This document shows positions 18,111 to 29,459 of a stretch of DNA of 64,000 nt, one piece after another; position 1 is the first letter of the stretch, and every line of letters starts with the position of its first letter. The DNA lies in the NCBI GenBank assembly GCA_964360785.1, contig CAYHXX010000003.1, forward strand, positions 22,911 through 86,910. Reading direction: 5' to 3'. Source of the DNA: an uncultured Gammaproteobacteria bacterium (lineage in GTDB: Bacteria > Patescibacteriota > Microgenomatia > Woykebacterales > RBG-16-39-9b). The notes under the pieces are model-generated. The model was given only the letters and a program-made list of their open reading frames with translations. It had not been told where the DNA came from and did not search any database. A program made the position numbers and the translations under genes.

Positions 18111-18983
18111 ATGTATTCAAAAGCCGAACTAAAAAAATATTCAGATGCTGTTGCGACGATAAAGTCCATAACCAGGGTTTATGAGGAAGCAGCTGCTCGT
18201 CGGATCAAACTTATTCAAAACTCCGTCTCCAAAATTGACGAGTTTCTTGGTTCGACAGCAGATTCCTACGTGAACATAAAATTTGGATTGCTGGCTGAGG
18301 AGAAAAATAAAAAAGTCCCTCGGAAAGATATTCTTACACGCAGCTTTCGAGAGAAGACAAAAAAAGGAGTCTTAGTTTTGATATCTTCGCACGAACAGTA
18401 CTTTGGTAACCTGATCCCCAATGTGTATCGAGCCTGGAAAGAAGATTTACTGTCCAGCAACCTTGACGGAATTATCTTTGGAAATACCGGCAAAAGGCTA
18501 CTCGAGAAAGATAACCTCCAAAAGGACAGTATTGTTTGCTACGATCTGGCTGACAGCGATCCTGACTGGGAACTGGTCTACAGAATCGGTGAGAAAGTGG
18601 CCAGCTACGAAAAGATCGTTGTCTACTATGGTAAGTATCGAACTGTTCTGACCCAAACTCCGGAGAAAGCTGATCTGAGTACACCAATGACGGTGGGGCA
18701 GGTACAACAAGTGAAGCGCTATTTGTTTGAAGACCAGGGGGAAAATATCCTCGGTTTTTTTGAAAAAGAAGTAGTCAACGCCCAACTGCAGAAGCGTGTT
18801 TATCAGTCGCAGATCGCACGTTATGCCGCCAGAATCAAGATTTTAGAGATCGGACAAGTAGCAGAGCAGATGAGTAAAGTGCTAGGTGATCTGAGCCGGG
18901 GAAAGCTAAAAGTGCGGAAGAATTTGTCAAATAAGAAACAACTTCAACTATATACAGGACTAGATTTGTGGGGAGACAGTTAG
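18111..18983 (+). CDS. atpG: F1 ATPase subunit gamma (divergent)
   Basis: N-terminal helix TIKSITRVYEEAAARR, 290 aa, helical C-terminus; lies between alpha and beta. Confidence 0.85.
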   Translation: MYSKAELKKYSDAVATIKSITRVYEEAAARRIKLIQNSVSKIDEFLGSTADSYVNIKFGLLAEEKNKKVPRKDILTRSFREKTKKGVLVLISSHEQYFGNLIPNVYRAWKEDLLSSNLDGIIFGNTGKRLLEKDNLQKDSIVCYDLADSDPDWELVYRIGEKVASYEKIVVYYGKYRTVLTQTPEKADLSTPMTVGQVQQVKRYLFEDQGENILGFFEKEVVNAQLQKRVYQSQIARYAARIKILEIGQVAEQMSKVLGDLSRGKLKVRKNLSNKKQLQLYTGLDLWGDS

Positions 18984-19036
18984 TACGACAACACCTACGG
19001 GTTTTAACCAGTTGTTCTTGCGTCTAAGAAGACTAA

Positions 19037-20473
<1,437 letters not shown>

Positions 20474-20517
20474 TGTAGATTTGGCTAAATATGCATTTTC
20501 CACTATAATTTAAGTTA

Positions 20518-22740
20518 ATGCCCAGGATAGTCAAAAAAACTCTTGCAAGTTTTGTCCTCGCAATACTTTTTGCAAGTATAGTTCCAATTCAAAACTCAAA
20601 CGCAGTTGTTTCTTCCTGTACTGCCAATATCACTCCAAACCAAGTTGCAAGTGGTTCAACCAACAACTTCTCGCTGACCGTCACCAATACTTCCGGACAA
20701 GTGATCAATTGGGTCAGAATCACCCGTCCCAACAGCAACTTTACCTTGGGAGGTATTATTGCTTCGCTTTGGACGATAGTTGCTACGTCTGACAACTTCA
20801 CACTAACTGGTAGAACGATCAATTCTGGAGCAAGCAAAACTTTTTCCCCGACCAGTGTTGTGGCAGCTAGTACTGACCAGCCAGCCGCCAATTGGTCGGT
20901 GTTAGCCTCCGATAACGCTAGTGGGGCTTCTCCAACTAGTTGTACCGGGACGCTAGGAACCCAGATCGGGAATCCAGATGTGACTGCGCCAACTATTTCG
21001 GGTATAACTGTTTCCAACATAACCGCGGGAGGCGCGAGCATTTCTTGGACGACAAACGAATTATCAGATTCAAAAGTAAACTTTGGAACCTCGATCTCTT
21101 ATGGGCAAAATGTTGCAAGTGCAAGTTTAACAACAAACCATTCACTGAACCTGTCCGGGCTTTCCGCCAACACCGGTTACCATTTCCAAGTTCAAAGCAA
21201 GGACGCGAGTAACAATACCGCCAGCTCATCAGACAACACTTTTCTGACTGCGGCCGTTAGCCCCACTCCAACTCCAACCACCACGGTCACAACCACCACG
21301 ACAACTGAAAAACCAAGTGTAAGTACGGATAGTACTTTACCGATGGTTAGTTTAACCACAAACCTCACAGCAGTTTATAAAGAAACGCCGACAATCCTTG
21401 GATTAGCAAGTGATAATGTAGCGCTACAAAAAATCGAATACTCGATTGACGCAGGCGAGAATTGGTTGCCAGTGGATAAAAGCGTTGGTTTAAATACAAA
21501 AAAAGCTAGTTTTGAGTTCAAACCAGCGGGCTTGCCAGATGGAAACTACGATATTCTCGCTCGTGCTTTTGATACAAGTAACAACGAAGGCCGGGGAGGA
21601 GAGTCGGTTTTGATCATCGACCAGCTGCCACCGATCATTGGGCCGAACGTAGTTTCTTTTGGATCACAAGCAGCTAACGTAGAGAATAACCTAATCTATG
21701 CAGTCATTGGGGTCGACCAACGGATTACTCTAGCCACCATTGGTGGCCCGACAAGTGTGGGCATCAAAGCTGTCTCAAAAGACGAAAGAGCAAAACTTTT
21801 CTCGCTGACCAAAGAATTAGGTAGCAATCTTTGGTCAGGAATTTTAGCCTTCGAAGAACCAGGGGAGTACACACTCGTTGCCACCGCCAAAGATGGTGCT
21901 GGCAACATTGTCTCCCGTGAACTAAACAACGTTTTTGTCAATAAACCTTCTCAGGTGGTTAATGCTGAGGGTAAGGCACTAGAGAATGCTAAAATCGAGG
22001 TAAATTATTTTGATGAGGAGAGTTCCAGTTGGTACCTTTGGGACGCAGCTGCCTTTGGACAGAGCAATCCGCAAACAACCAACGCCAAGGGTGAATTTAA
22101 CTTCTTTTTACCCGCTGGGAAATATTTCCTCAGAGCAGAGTCAGAGGGTTACTATTCGGAAAATAGTGAGATCTTTGTCTTGAAAGAGGGTCTGCCACTC
22201 GCTGCTAGTATCAAACTGGAAAAAAGCTTTGGCATAAAGTTAGCGGACTTTAAGCTTGTTTTCCCGAGAATTAGTTTGGAAGGTTTTAAGGTTGATCTTG
22301 GGAATAAGGTATTGGTTTCTGATCAAGCCTCAAATTTGGTCAACAAAAATTTGCCTGCTTTCACCCTCCAAAATAGTCAGAAAGGGATTTTGAATGAAAG
22401 TTCCTTGTCAGGTAAGAACACTTTGTTGTCATTTGTGGCTACTTGGTCGCCCTGGTCTGAAGAGCAGATCGCCCAGCTAGAGAAATTAGCTGCAAGTGGT
22501 GAAGGTCAAAATATTTTCTTGATTACAACACTAGAGTCTCAGGAAAAGGTAGCTGCCTACAAGAAAATTGGTAACTACGAGGTTGAGTTCTTGGTTGATC
22601 CGACTGGAGGGATCTTGTCCAAGTTTAATATTCTGACAATTCCCTATCATTTAATTGTTGGCGAAGACTTACAAGTCAAAGAAGCCAAAACCGGCGTTTT
22701 TTCAAAAGAGGAATTGCAAGAAGCCTTGGATAAACATTAA
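20518..22740 (+). CDS. Secreted Ig/FN3/Big/carboxypeptidase-regulatory-like protein with C-terminal thioredoxin-like domain (SxxS)
   Basis: Signal peptide; FN3 (ISWTTNE...LSGLSANTGYHFQVQS); T-rich linker; TlpA-like LLSFVATWSPWS. Confidence 0.75.
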   Translation: MPRIVKKTLASFVLAILFASIVPIQNSNAVVSSCTANITPNQVASGSTNNFSLTVTNTSGQVINWVRITRPNSNFTLGGIIASLWTIVATSDNFTLTGRTINSGASKTFSPTSVVAASTDQPAANWSVLASDNASGASPTSCTGTLGTQIGNPDVTAPTISGITVSNITAGGASISWTTNELSDSKVNFGTSISYGQNVASASLTTNHSLNLSGLSANTGYHFQVQSKDASNNTASSSDNTFLTAAVSPTPTPTTTVTTTTTTEKPSVSTDSTLPMVSLTTNLTAVYKETPTILGLASDNVALQKIEYSIDAGENWLPVDKSVGLNTKKASFEFKPAGLPDGNYDILARAFDTSNNEGRGGESVLIIDQLPPIIGPNVVSFGSQAANVENNLIYAVIGVDQRITLATIGGPTSVGIKAVSKDERAKLFSLTKELGSNLWSGILAFEEPGEYTLVATAKDGAGNIVSRELNNVFVNKPSQVVNAEGKALENAKIEVNYFDEESSSWYLWDAAAFGQSNPQTTNAKGEFNFFLPAGKYFLRAESEGYYSENSEIFVLKEGLPLAASIKLEKSFGIKLADFKLVFPRISLEGFKVDLGNKVLVSDQASNLVNKNLPAFTLQNSQKGILNESSLSGKNTLLSFVATWSPWSEEQIAQLEKLAASGEGQNIFLITTLESQEKVAAYKKIGNYEVEFLVDPTGGILSKFNILTIPYHLIVGEDLQVKEAKTGVFSKEELQEALDKH

Positions 22741-22754
22741 ACTAAATACAAGCT

Positions 22755-24356
22755 ATGCTGCCATTACAGTTTTTCGGTCAAAATATTAATTTCGCCCTTA
22801 ATCTATTTTTTAGTTTAGTTACCTTTGCAACTTTTTGGTTGTATTTTGCCGCTTGGTTGGGTCAAAAAAAGCTGCAAAGCTCATTTAAATGGTTCGCTTT
22901 TCTACTAATTTCAGCTTCGTTCTTGTTTCAAGCGGTTGTTATCGACAAAGAAATATTGGGAGATTCACTTTTTGCTAACTACCCTGAGAATCTTGCTTTA
23001 GTAGTGAGAGCGGTTGGTTACGCTGTCTTGGTTTTTGCCTTGATCAGAGAACCGTTGCAATCACCGCCAATTATTCCAGTTAGTTTACCAAAGCCAAAAC
23101 GAACTCATAAGTTGTTAATGCCGTTTAGTCTGACAATAGTTCCCAAAGTATTACTTCCGGTCGGAGCGTTCGCGGTCGCTTTTCTCTACTTTCGGAAGGC
23201 AACCGATGGGATGGAAAAGCACTTAAGAGCAGTCGCTTTTGCTTTCTTATCCCTGGCTGTTTATGAAGTGCTTGGGCTTTCAAGTCTTTTTCGTGAGACG
23301 ACAAACATCACTATTTCAAATCTAATTGCTCCCTTCGGACCAATCTGGGCTTTGCAACAAGTATTCTTGCTGATTTCCCTTGTGATACTTGGTCGTTGGG
23401 TTTGGGGCTACCTGCTTAAACGTTTGCAAAGCCAGTTATTTATTATTTTTACCAGTACTGTTTTAGTTATTTTTCTAGTTATCAGCATTGGTCTTACTTT
23501 CTTGTTGATTAAAAATATTGAAAAAAGCGCTTTGGACAACTTGGAGACAGCTTCAAAAGTTCTTAACTATAGCTTGGATTCGAAGAAAGCTGAATTGTCA
23601 GCTATTGCAGAGGTTTTTACCCAAAATCCAGAGATCTCAGCAGCAGTATTAGCAAAAGACCACAACAAACTCAATTTGCTCGTTTCCAAATCTCTTGAAA
23701 ACAAGAAAATCTCCTCGCTTGTGATCACGACCAACGCTGCGATGGTACTCTCACGTGCCGAAGACCCGGACAGCTGGGGAGACTCTTTATCGAGTGATGC
23801 CTTAGTTCAAAAGGCAATCTCCGGTAGCAACCAAACTAGTATTGTGACCAAGGTAGGGAATCTTGTACCGGCGGTTTACCTCCAATCGGCCCAACCAATA
23901 CTAAAGGACTCTGCTGTGGTCGGTACTGTTTTGGTAGGTTTGGCGATCTCAAACAATTTCCTTGATGGTATAAAAACCTCAACTGGCTTGGATAGCGCTA
24001 TTTACGCTGCGAATACCAGAACGGCGACGACCATCCTTGCTCCCGATAAGAAAAGCCGTTGGGTTGGAATCAAAGAGGAAAATTCGCAAATCAAAAAAGA
24101 GGTCTTAGAAAAAGGGCAGACCTTTAAAGGTAGTTCTAGCTTGGTCAACAGACCCTTTCTGGTGGTCTACAAACCACTCAAAAATGTTAACAATGAGATT
24201 GTTGGGATGATTTTTACGGGACAGCCTGAAGTTTCTATTTTGCTTGCAGCCGGAAGATCAATTGAGTTGGTGTTTATTTTAGCCGCTGTTCTTCTGATTA
24301 TTTCCCTGGTTCCAAGCTATCTAATTTCAAAATATATCGCTTATCAATTAAGCTAA
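22755..24356 (+). CDS. Multi-TM Cache-domain sensor-like membrane protein without output domain
   Basis: About 7 N-terminal TMs, extracytoplasmic Cache-like region (YKPLKNVNNEIVGMIFTG), final TM, then stop. Confidence 0.7.
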   Translation: MLPLQFFGQNINFALNLFFSLVTFATFWLYFAAWLGQKKLQSSFKWFAFLLISASFLFQAVVIDKEILGDSLFANYPENLALVVRAVGYAVLVFALIREPLQSPPIIPVSLPKPKRTHKLLMPFSLTIVPKVLLPVGAFAVAFLYFRKATDGMEKHLRAVAFAFLSLAVYEVLGLSSLFRETTNITISNLIAPFGPIWALQQVFLLISLVILGRWVWGYLLKRLQSQLFIIFTSTVLVIFLVISIGLTFLLIKNIEKSALDNLETASKVLNYSLDSKKAELSAIAEVFTQNPEISAAVLAKDHNKLNLLVSKSLENKKISSLVITTNAAMVLSRAEDPDSWGDSLSSDALVQKAISGSNQTSIVTKVGNLVPAVYLQSAQPILKDSAVVGTVLVGLAISNNFLDGIKTSTGLDSAIYAANTRTATTILAPDKKSRWVGIKEENSQIKKEVLEKGQTFKGSSSLVNRPFLVVYKPLKNVNNEIVGMIFTGQPEVSILLAAGRSIELVFILAAVLLIISLVPSYLISKYIAYQLS

Positions 24357-24392
24357 TTTGAAAGCAGTCGAGTATCGAGTTATAATTTGAGC

Positions 24393-24767
24393 ATGGCGAA
24401 AATACTTATAGTCGAAGATGACGAACTAATCTCAGGAATGTATCAGAGTATTTTTACTTTTGATAAGCATGAAGTCGCGATTGCCAGTGATGGGGAAGAA
24501 GCCCTGGCTAAGATTGGCGGGTTCAAACCAGACTTGGTTCTTCTTGATATCATGATGCCAAAGATGAACGGTCTACAGGTTCTAGATAAGATCAAAGCTG
24601 ATCCTGAAACAAAGGCTATTCCCGTGGTGATGCTGACCAATCTTGATGCCAAGCAGGATGCGGAAACTGCCCTAGCAAAAGGGGCTATAAAATATATCGT
24701 CAAGAGTAACTATAATCCCAAACAAATTAGTGACATGGTAAAGGATATCTTGGCTGAAGTTTCTTAA
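24393..24767 (+). CDS. Single-domain response regulator (receiver)
   Basis: KILIVEDD, LLDIMMPKMNG, PVVMLTN, KYIVK. Confidence 0.9.
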   Translation: MAKILIVEDDELISGMYQSIFTFDKHEVAIASDGEEALAKIGGFKPDLVLLDIMMPKMNGLQVLDKIKADPETKAIPVVMLTNLDAKQDAETALAKGAIKYIVKSNYNPKQISDMVKDILAEVS

Positions 24768-24792
24768 TTAGGTGTTTACCCAAACTTTTCTT

Positions 24793-25107
24793 ATGGATAT
24801 TGATGTCAGCAAACTGCCTACAACCTCAGCATACAAAGTCGATCGACTTTTTGTGACGGTTTATTCACTCGGCGCGCTGCAAAAACCGCCTTTCCAAGGC
24901 TTTGTCAAAAGTATCAGTTCGGTGGATACAAAAGGCCCGTTTGATATCCTACCCGTACATGAGAATTTTATTACACAATTTTCAAAAAAACTCGAAATTT
25001 TACCAGAGACAGGGGACAAGATTAGCTTTGAACAACCAACTGGCGTGATTGAAGTTGCCAACAATGTTGTCAAAATTTTTTTAAAAAAGAAAGAAACAAA
25101 GTCTTAG
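24793..25107 (+). CDS. atpC: F1 subunit epsilon-like, N-terminal beta-sandwich only
   Basis: FQGFVKSISSVDTKGPFDILPVHENFIT...GVIEVANNVVKIF matches the epsilon GxxxILPxH pattern; no C-terminal helices. Alternative GTG start at 24772. Confidence 0.7.
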   Translation: MDIDVSKLPTTSAYKVDRLFVTVYSLGALQKPPFQGFVKSISSVDTKGPFDILPVHENFITQFSKKLEILPETGDKISFEQPTGVIEVANNVVKIFLKKKETKS

Positions 25108-25122
25108 TTTGAGGAGAACACT

Positions 25123-25494
25123 ATGAAAAAAATATTGATTGTTGAAGATGACATAAACTTACTCAATCTTTATAAAGAAGTATTGACGAGGGAAGGGTAT
25201 GAATTAAAGTTAGCTGAGGATGGAGGTGAGGCGTTGCAAATAGCTGCCAGTTTCCAACCTGATATCGTTCTCTTGGACCTGATGCTGCCATACGTGGATG
25301 GGTTTAAGGTTCTTGAAGAGCTAAAATCCAATCCGAAGACAGAGCACTGTTTTGTCATTGTCCAGACCAATCTTGACTCAGAAATGCAGCGACAAAAAGC
25401 CAAGAATCTCGGTGCCAATGAATTCTTGGTTAAATCCGAGAGTGATCCCGGAAGTTTGATCGAAGATATCAAACACCTTCTCGCCACACACTAA
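25123..25494 (+). CDS. Single-domain response regulator (receiver)
   Basis: KILIVEDD, LLDLMLPYVDG, EFLVK; GAGGAG SD-like sequence upstream. Confidence 0.9.
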   Translation: MKKILIVEDDINLLNLYKEVLTREGYELKLAEDGGEALQIAASFQPDIVLLDLMLPYVDGFKVLEELKSNPKTEHCFVIVQTNLDSEMQRQKAKNLGANEFLVKSESDPGSLIEDIKHLLATH

Positions 25495-25502
25495 AAATCC
25501 TA

Positions 25503-25524
25503 TTGACAAGGCCCGTCCTTGTTA
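25503..25524. repeat. REP-like palindrome
   Basis: TTGACAAGGCCCGTCCTTGTTA. Confidence 0.85.
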
Positions 25525-25594
25525 CTATAGAAGGGCGTTTTATTTTCTGGTTTTGAGTTTGACCAGAAGCTAGTTTTTCAATAGAATAGAAGTA

Positions 25595-27853
25595 ATGCCC
25601 AAGTTTGTTAAAAAACTAGTTTCAGTAGCTATCATTGCCGGAATTTCTTTTCAGTTTGTTCCAACCACCGAAGTAAAAGCAATAATTTCCTCATGTTCTG
25701 CTAGTGTTGTCCAGCATTCCGCTTACATTAACAGCAGCGTCGATTTTTCAATTCAAATCACAAACACTGCTCAGGAAGATATTAGTTGGATTAGGATCCA
25801 AAACCCTTCTTCAGGGGACTTCACGATTCAGGGCAGCAGTGTTTCCGGTTGGGATGCTAGTGGGGATGCAGTTAACCAGACCTTAACCGCAGGAAGTCTA
25901 CCTAGCGGTCAGTCTCTAAACGTTGTTGTGACAGCAACAACTGGTAGTCAACCGCGACCTTCCGCCGATTGGTTTGTCGAAGTTTCCGATGATGGTGGGG
26001 GAAGTAATCCATTTGCTTGCCCCGGTAATTTAGGAACAGAGATAATTGATCCTGCGGACCAGCCGGTGATTAGTAATATTTCTGTATCTAGTATTACTAC
26101 CAGCTCGGCTATTATTTCATGGGATACAAATGAATTGGCCAACGGAGCGGTAAACTATGGTTTCACCTCGAGCTACGGTTCAAATCAAAACAACCCCAAC
26201 CTCACAACTGCCCATTCGTTTACCTTAGAAAATTTATCGCCAAACGCCACGTACCACTTTAAAGTGCTAAGTGCTGATGTGTTCGGGACAAGCAGTCAAT
26301 CAGGGGACAATACTTTTCTGACACCGGCTGCCAGTCAGTCCGGACAATCAAGCAGTTCGGGTCCTAGCAGCAGCACTTCTACCGGCGAAAGTATTTTAAA
26401 AGAGTTAAAGCTAAAAGCCACAGAAAAAATCCCACCGACAATGACAATTTCAACTGATTTTTCCAAACCTTTTACAGCTGCCCCAACAATAGTTGGTACA
26501 GCTAGCGACAACGAGGCGATTTACTTAGTCGAATATTCAACTGACAATGGTAAAAATTGGCTCCCGGTCAATAATTTGGTCGGACAAGGTCAAAAGCAGG
26601 CAAGTTTTGATTTTACACCAATAAATCTTGACGATGGGAATTATAAAATCGTCGCTCGGGCAACTGACACTTCTGGTAATCAGGCTAGTTCACAAACCTA
26701 CACTTTGGTAATCGATCGCCTACCGCCAACAGTTGGCGCAGGTGTAATTTCTATTGGACCGCAAGTCCTGAAGCCAGATAGTGATGGGGTTGTCACTACC
26801 GTTGCTGGTCTTGATCAAAAAGTAACCTTAGCTTCAGTTGGTGGGGCAACCCAAGTCACTATTCGTTCAGTTGACACGAATGTGAAGTCTGGTGCCAACA
26901 GCCAAGTTTTTGCTCTTTCCCGCTCTAGCCAAACTGGTCTTTGGTCAGGGATTCTCAGTTTTTCCAAAGAGGGTTTAAATACTCTTTCGGTCGAAGCGCT
27001 TGATGGTGCCGGCAACAAGACCAAGCGGGACTTTGGCAATATCCAGGTACTGTCCGGTGGCCAAATAACCGAGAAAGATTCCAAAAAACCAATAACTCAA
27101 GCCAAAATCACCCTGTATTATCTTGAGACAGAGTCAAATTCTTGGGTGGTTTGGGATGGGTCTTCTTACGGTCAGAAAAATCCACAGCAAACAAGTAAAG
27201 ATGGTCAATTTAGGTTTTTTGCGCCAGCCGGCAAATATTACCTACAGATCTCGGCATCCGGTTACAAGACCGTCATCAGTAAAATTTTTGCCGTGGACCA
27301 AACAGTCCCCTTAGCCCAAAGTATTTCTCTAGAGAAAGCTACCAAAATTGGTTTTGACCCTCTTTCCTTTACCTTGCCGTCTTTGACACTCGGAAAAATT
27401 GAGATAGTCCCGAGCCAGAAAAAAGTTGACTTAGCTAAAACTGCGAGCTCTTTGGTAGACAAATCCTTGCCGAGTTTCAACCTTGAAAAAACCAGCGGGG
27501 GGACGACCAATCATGTCCAACTCTCCGGTAAGCCAACTCTCCTTAGTTTTGTTTCAACCTGGTCACCAGCGTCCCAAGAGCAGTTTCAGGTCTTGGACAA
27601 ATTACAAAACAACCAAGATTTGAATATTTCACCAGTTGTAGTAATGGAATCAACGGCAAAACTTGTCTCTTACAAAGCAATCTCGAAGTTAGAGTTGGAT
27701 TTTTTAGTTGATCCCGATGGTACAACCGTAAGTTCTTTTGGCTACCAAAGCCTACCCACGCACTATTTTGTCAACCGAAAGGGTATTATCAAAAAGATTA
27801 CGATCGGAGTATTATCAGAGAAAGAGATTTTGGATAATCTCGGAGCTTTGTAA
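25595..27853 (+). CDS. Secreted FN3/Big protein with SxxS thioredoxin-like domain (paralog of 20518-22740)
   Basis: Same architecture; LLSFVSTWSPAS. Confidence 0.75.
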   Translation: MPKFVKKLVSVAIIAGISFQFVPTTEVKAIISSCSASVVQHSAYINSSVDFSIQITNTAQEDISWIRIQNPSSGDFTIQGSSVSGWDASGDAVNQTLTAGSLPSGQSLNVVVTATTGSQPRPSADWFVEVSDDGGGSNPFACPGNLGTEIIDPADQPVISNISVSSITTSSAIISWDTNELANGAVNYGFTSSYGSNQNNPNLTTAHSFTLENLSPNATYHFKVLSADVFGTSSQSGDNTFLTPAASQSGQSSSSGPSSSTSTGESILKELKLKATEKIPPTMTISTDFSKPFTAAPTIVGTASDNEAIYLVEYSTDNGKNWLPVNNLVGQGQKQASFDFTPINLDDGNYKIVARATDTSGNQASSQTYTLVIDRLPPTVGAGVISIGPQVLKPDSDGVVTTVAGLDQKVTLASVGGATQVTIRSVDTNVKSGANSQVFALSRSSQTGLWSGILSFSKEGLNTLSVEALDGAGNKTKRDFGNIQVLSGGQITEKDSKKPITQAKITLYYLETESNSWVVWDGSSYGQKNPQQTSKDGQFRFFAPAGKYYLQISASGYKTVISKIFAVDQTVPLAQSISLEKATKIGFDPLSFTLPSLTLGKIEIVPSQKKVDLAKTASSLVDKSLPSFNLEKTSGGTTNHVQLSGKPTLLSFVSTWSPASQEQFQVLDKLQNNQDLNISPVVVMESTAKLVSYKAISKLELDFLVDPDGTTVSSFGYQSLPTHYFVNRKGIIKKITIGVLSEKEILDNLGAL

Positions 27854-27856
27854 GAT

Positions 27857-29455
27857 ATGCTGCCCATTGCTTTTATCAGTCAAAACCTACACTTTGCCAT
27901 CCAACTCTTTGCAGCCTTGGTCTGCTTTGCTGTCTTCTGGCTGTATTTTGATGCTTGGCTCGCCCGAAAACAGAAGAAAGAAACTCTGCTTTGGGTAGGT
28001 TTTTTGCTACTTTGTGTTTCCTTTATTATCCACGCGACGGTAATCGAACAAGCTGTTCTGGGTAATTCTTTTCTCGGTGATATTACTGAGGGGTTATCGG
28101 GTGTAATTAGACTTTTTGGTTACCTCTTAATTATTTTTGGCCAGCTCAGAGACCCGCTACAGAGCGTTCCTAAAACTGAAGGAGTCAAACTAGAAAAAGC
28201 CCCTGCTATAGTTGGCCTGGGTTTTGTTAGCAATTGTTTAGTGTTTCTGCTACCCGTTGGTAGTGCGCTTTGCGGCTTACTTTACTACAGGCGGGCAACT
28301 ACTGGGTTGGAAAGGCATTTGCGAAAAGTAGCTTTAGCCTTTTTTGGTTTGGGGGTTTTTGAGCTACTGTCTTTATCGAAGTTCTTACAAACCTCCGACA
28401 ACCCTTTTTTATATAGCCTGTCCTCAAGTTTTGGTGCGATTTGGTATTTGGAGCACGCCGTTTTAGTTGTCAGCATGGTTTTCCTTGGTTTATGGGTTTG
28501 GCAATATTTAATTACGCGTTTGCAGAGTCAATTATTTATGATCTTCACTGGTACAATTCTGGCTATTTTTCTACTGACGACAATTAGTTTTACCTTTCTT
28601 TTGATCAACAATATTCAAAACGAGTCGTTGAGCAACCTGGCGACTGCCACCAATGTTTTAAATTACTCACTTAATTCCAAGAAAGATGAAACCCTCTCGA
28701 CCACCGAGAGCTTGGCAGGCAATCCGGATTTTGTTTCTGCAGTGCTTGCCAAGGATCACAAAAAACTCAACCTTCTCGGTCAAGGAGTTCTCGAAGACAA
28801 GAAGAAATCTTCAATTGTTGTCACTGATGATTCTGGTTTGGTGTTGTCTCGGGCCGAGGAGCCTGATCGTTGGGGTGATTCGTTGTCAGACGACCCGTTG
28901 ATAAGAAGATCTTTAGTTGGGTTGGAAGGAAACAGTATATCAACTAAAGAAGGCATTCTCGCACCCTTAATCTATATCAAATCAGCTGTTGCGATGCGGG
29001 ATCAGAACAAAAACATTATTGGCAGTTTGACAGTTGGTATTTTGGTTGATAATGCCTTTCTTGACGGTGTAAAAGCTGCAACCGGTCTGGATAGTGCTGT
29101 TTATGCTGGCAATACACGCGCTGCCACCACCTTTCTGGCAGAGGATGGCAAGTCGCGGTGGGTCGGAGTTAAAGAAGAAAGCTCGGAAATCAAGAACCAA
29201 GTTCTAAAAAAAGGTAGTACCTTCAAAGGTAGTGTTTCGGTTCTCAACAGACCCTTTATCGGCGCTTACAGTCCGCTGCGGGACGTTAACAACGAGATTG
29301 TGGGAATGATCTTTATTGGTAAACCCCAAAGCTCGATCTTGTTGGCGGCTGGCAAAAGTATTGAGCTGACGTTTCTAGTGGCAGTAGCCTTGATCTCACT
29401 CTCGATAATTCCGTCTTTCTTTGTATCACGTTACCTGAGTAGGCAGCTATCTTAA
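27857..29455 (+). CDS. Multi-TM Cache-domain membrane protein (paralog of 22755-24356)
   Basis: Colinear similarity (FWLYFDAWL, RLQSQLF, WGDSLSDD, TGLDSAVYA, KSRWVG, NNEIVGMIF); no cytoplasmic output domain. Confidence 0.75.
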   Translation: MLPIAFISQNLHFAIQLFAALVCFAVFWLYFDAWLARKQKKETLLWVGFLLLCVSFIIHATVIEQAVLGNSFLGDITEGLSGVIRLFGYLLIIFGQLRDPLQSVPKTEGVKLEKAPAIVGLGFVSNCLVFLLPVGSALCGLLYYRRATTGLERHLRKVALAFFGLGVFELLSLSKFLQTSDNPFLYSLSSSFGAIWYLEHAVLVVSMVFLGLWVWQYLITRLQSQLFMIFTGTILAIFLLTTISFTFLLINNIQNESLSNLATATNVLNYSLNSKKDETLSTTESLAGNPDFVSAVLAKDHKKLNLLGQGVLEDKKKSSIVVTDDSGLVLSRAEEPDRWGDSLSDDPLIRRSLVGLEGNSISTKEGILAPLIYIKSAVAMRDQNKNIIGSLTVGILVDNAFLDGVKAATGLDSAVYAGNTRAATTFLAEDGKSRWVGVKEESSEIKNQVLKKGSTFKGSVSVLNRPFIGAYSPLRDVNNEIVGMIFIGKPQSSILLAAGKSIELTFLVAVALISLSIIPSFFVSRYLSRQLS

Positions 29456-29459
29456 AGCT

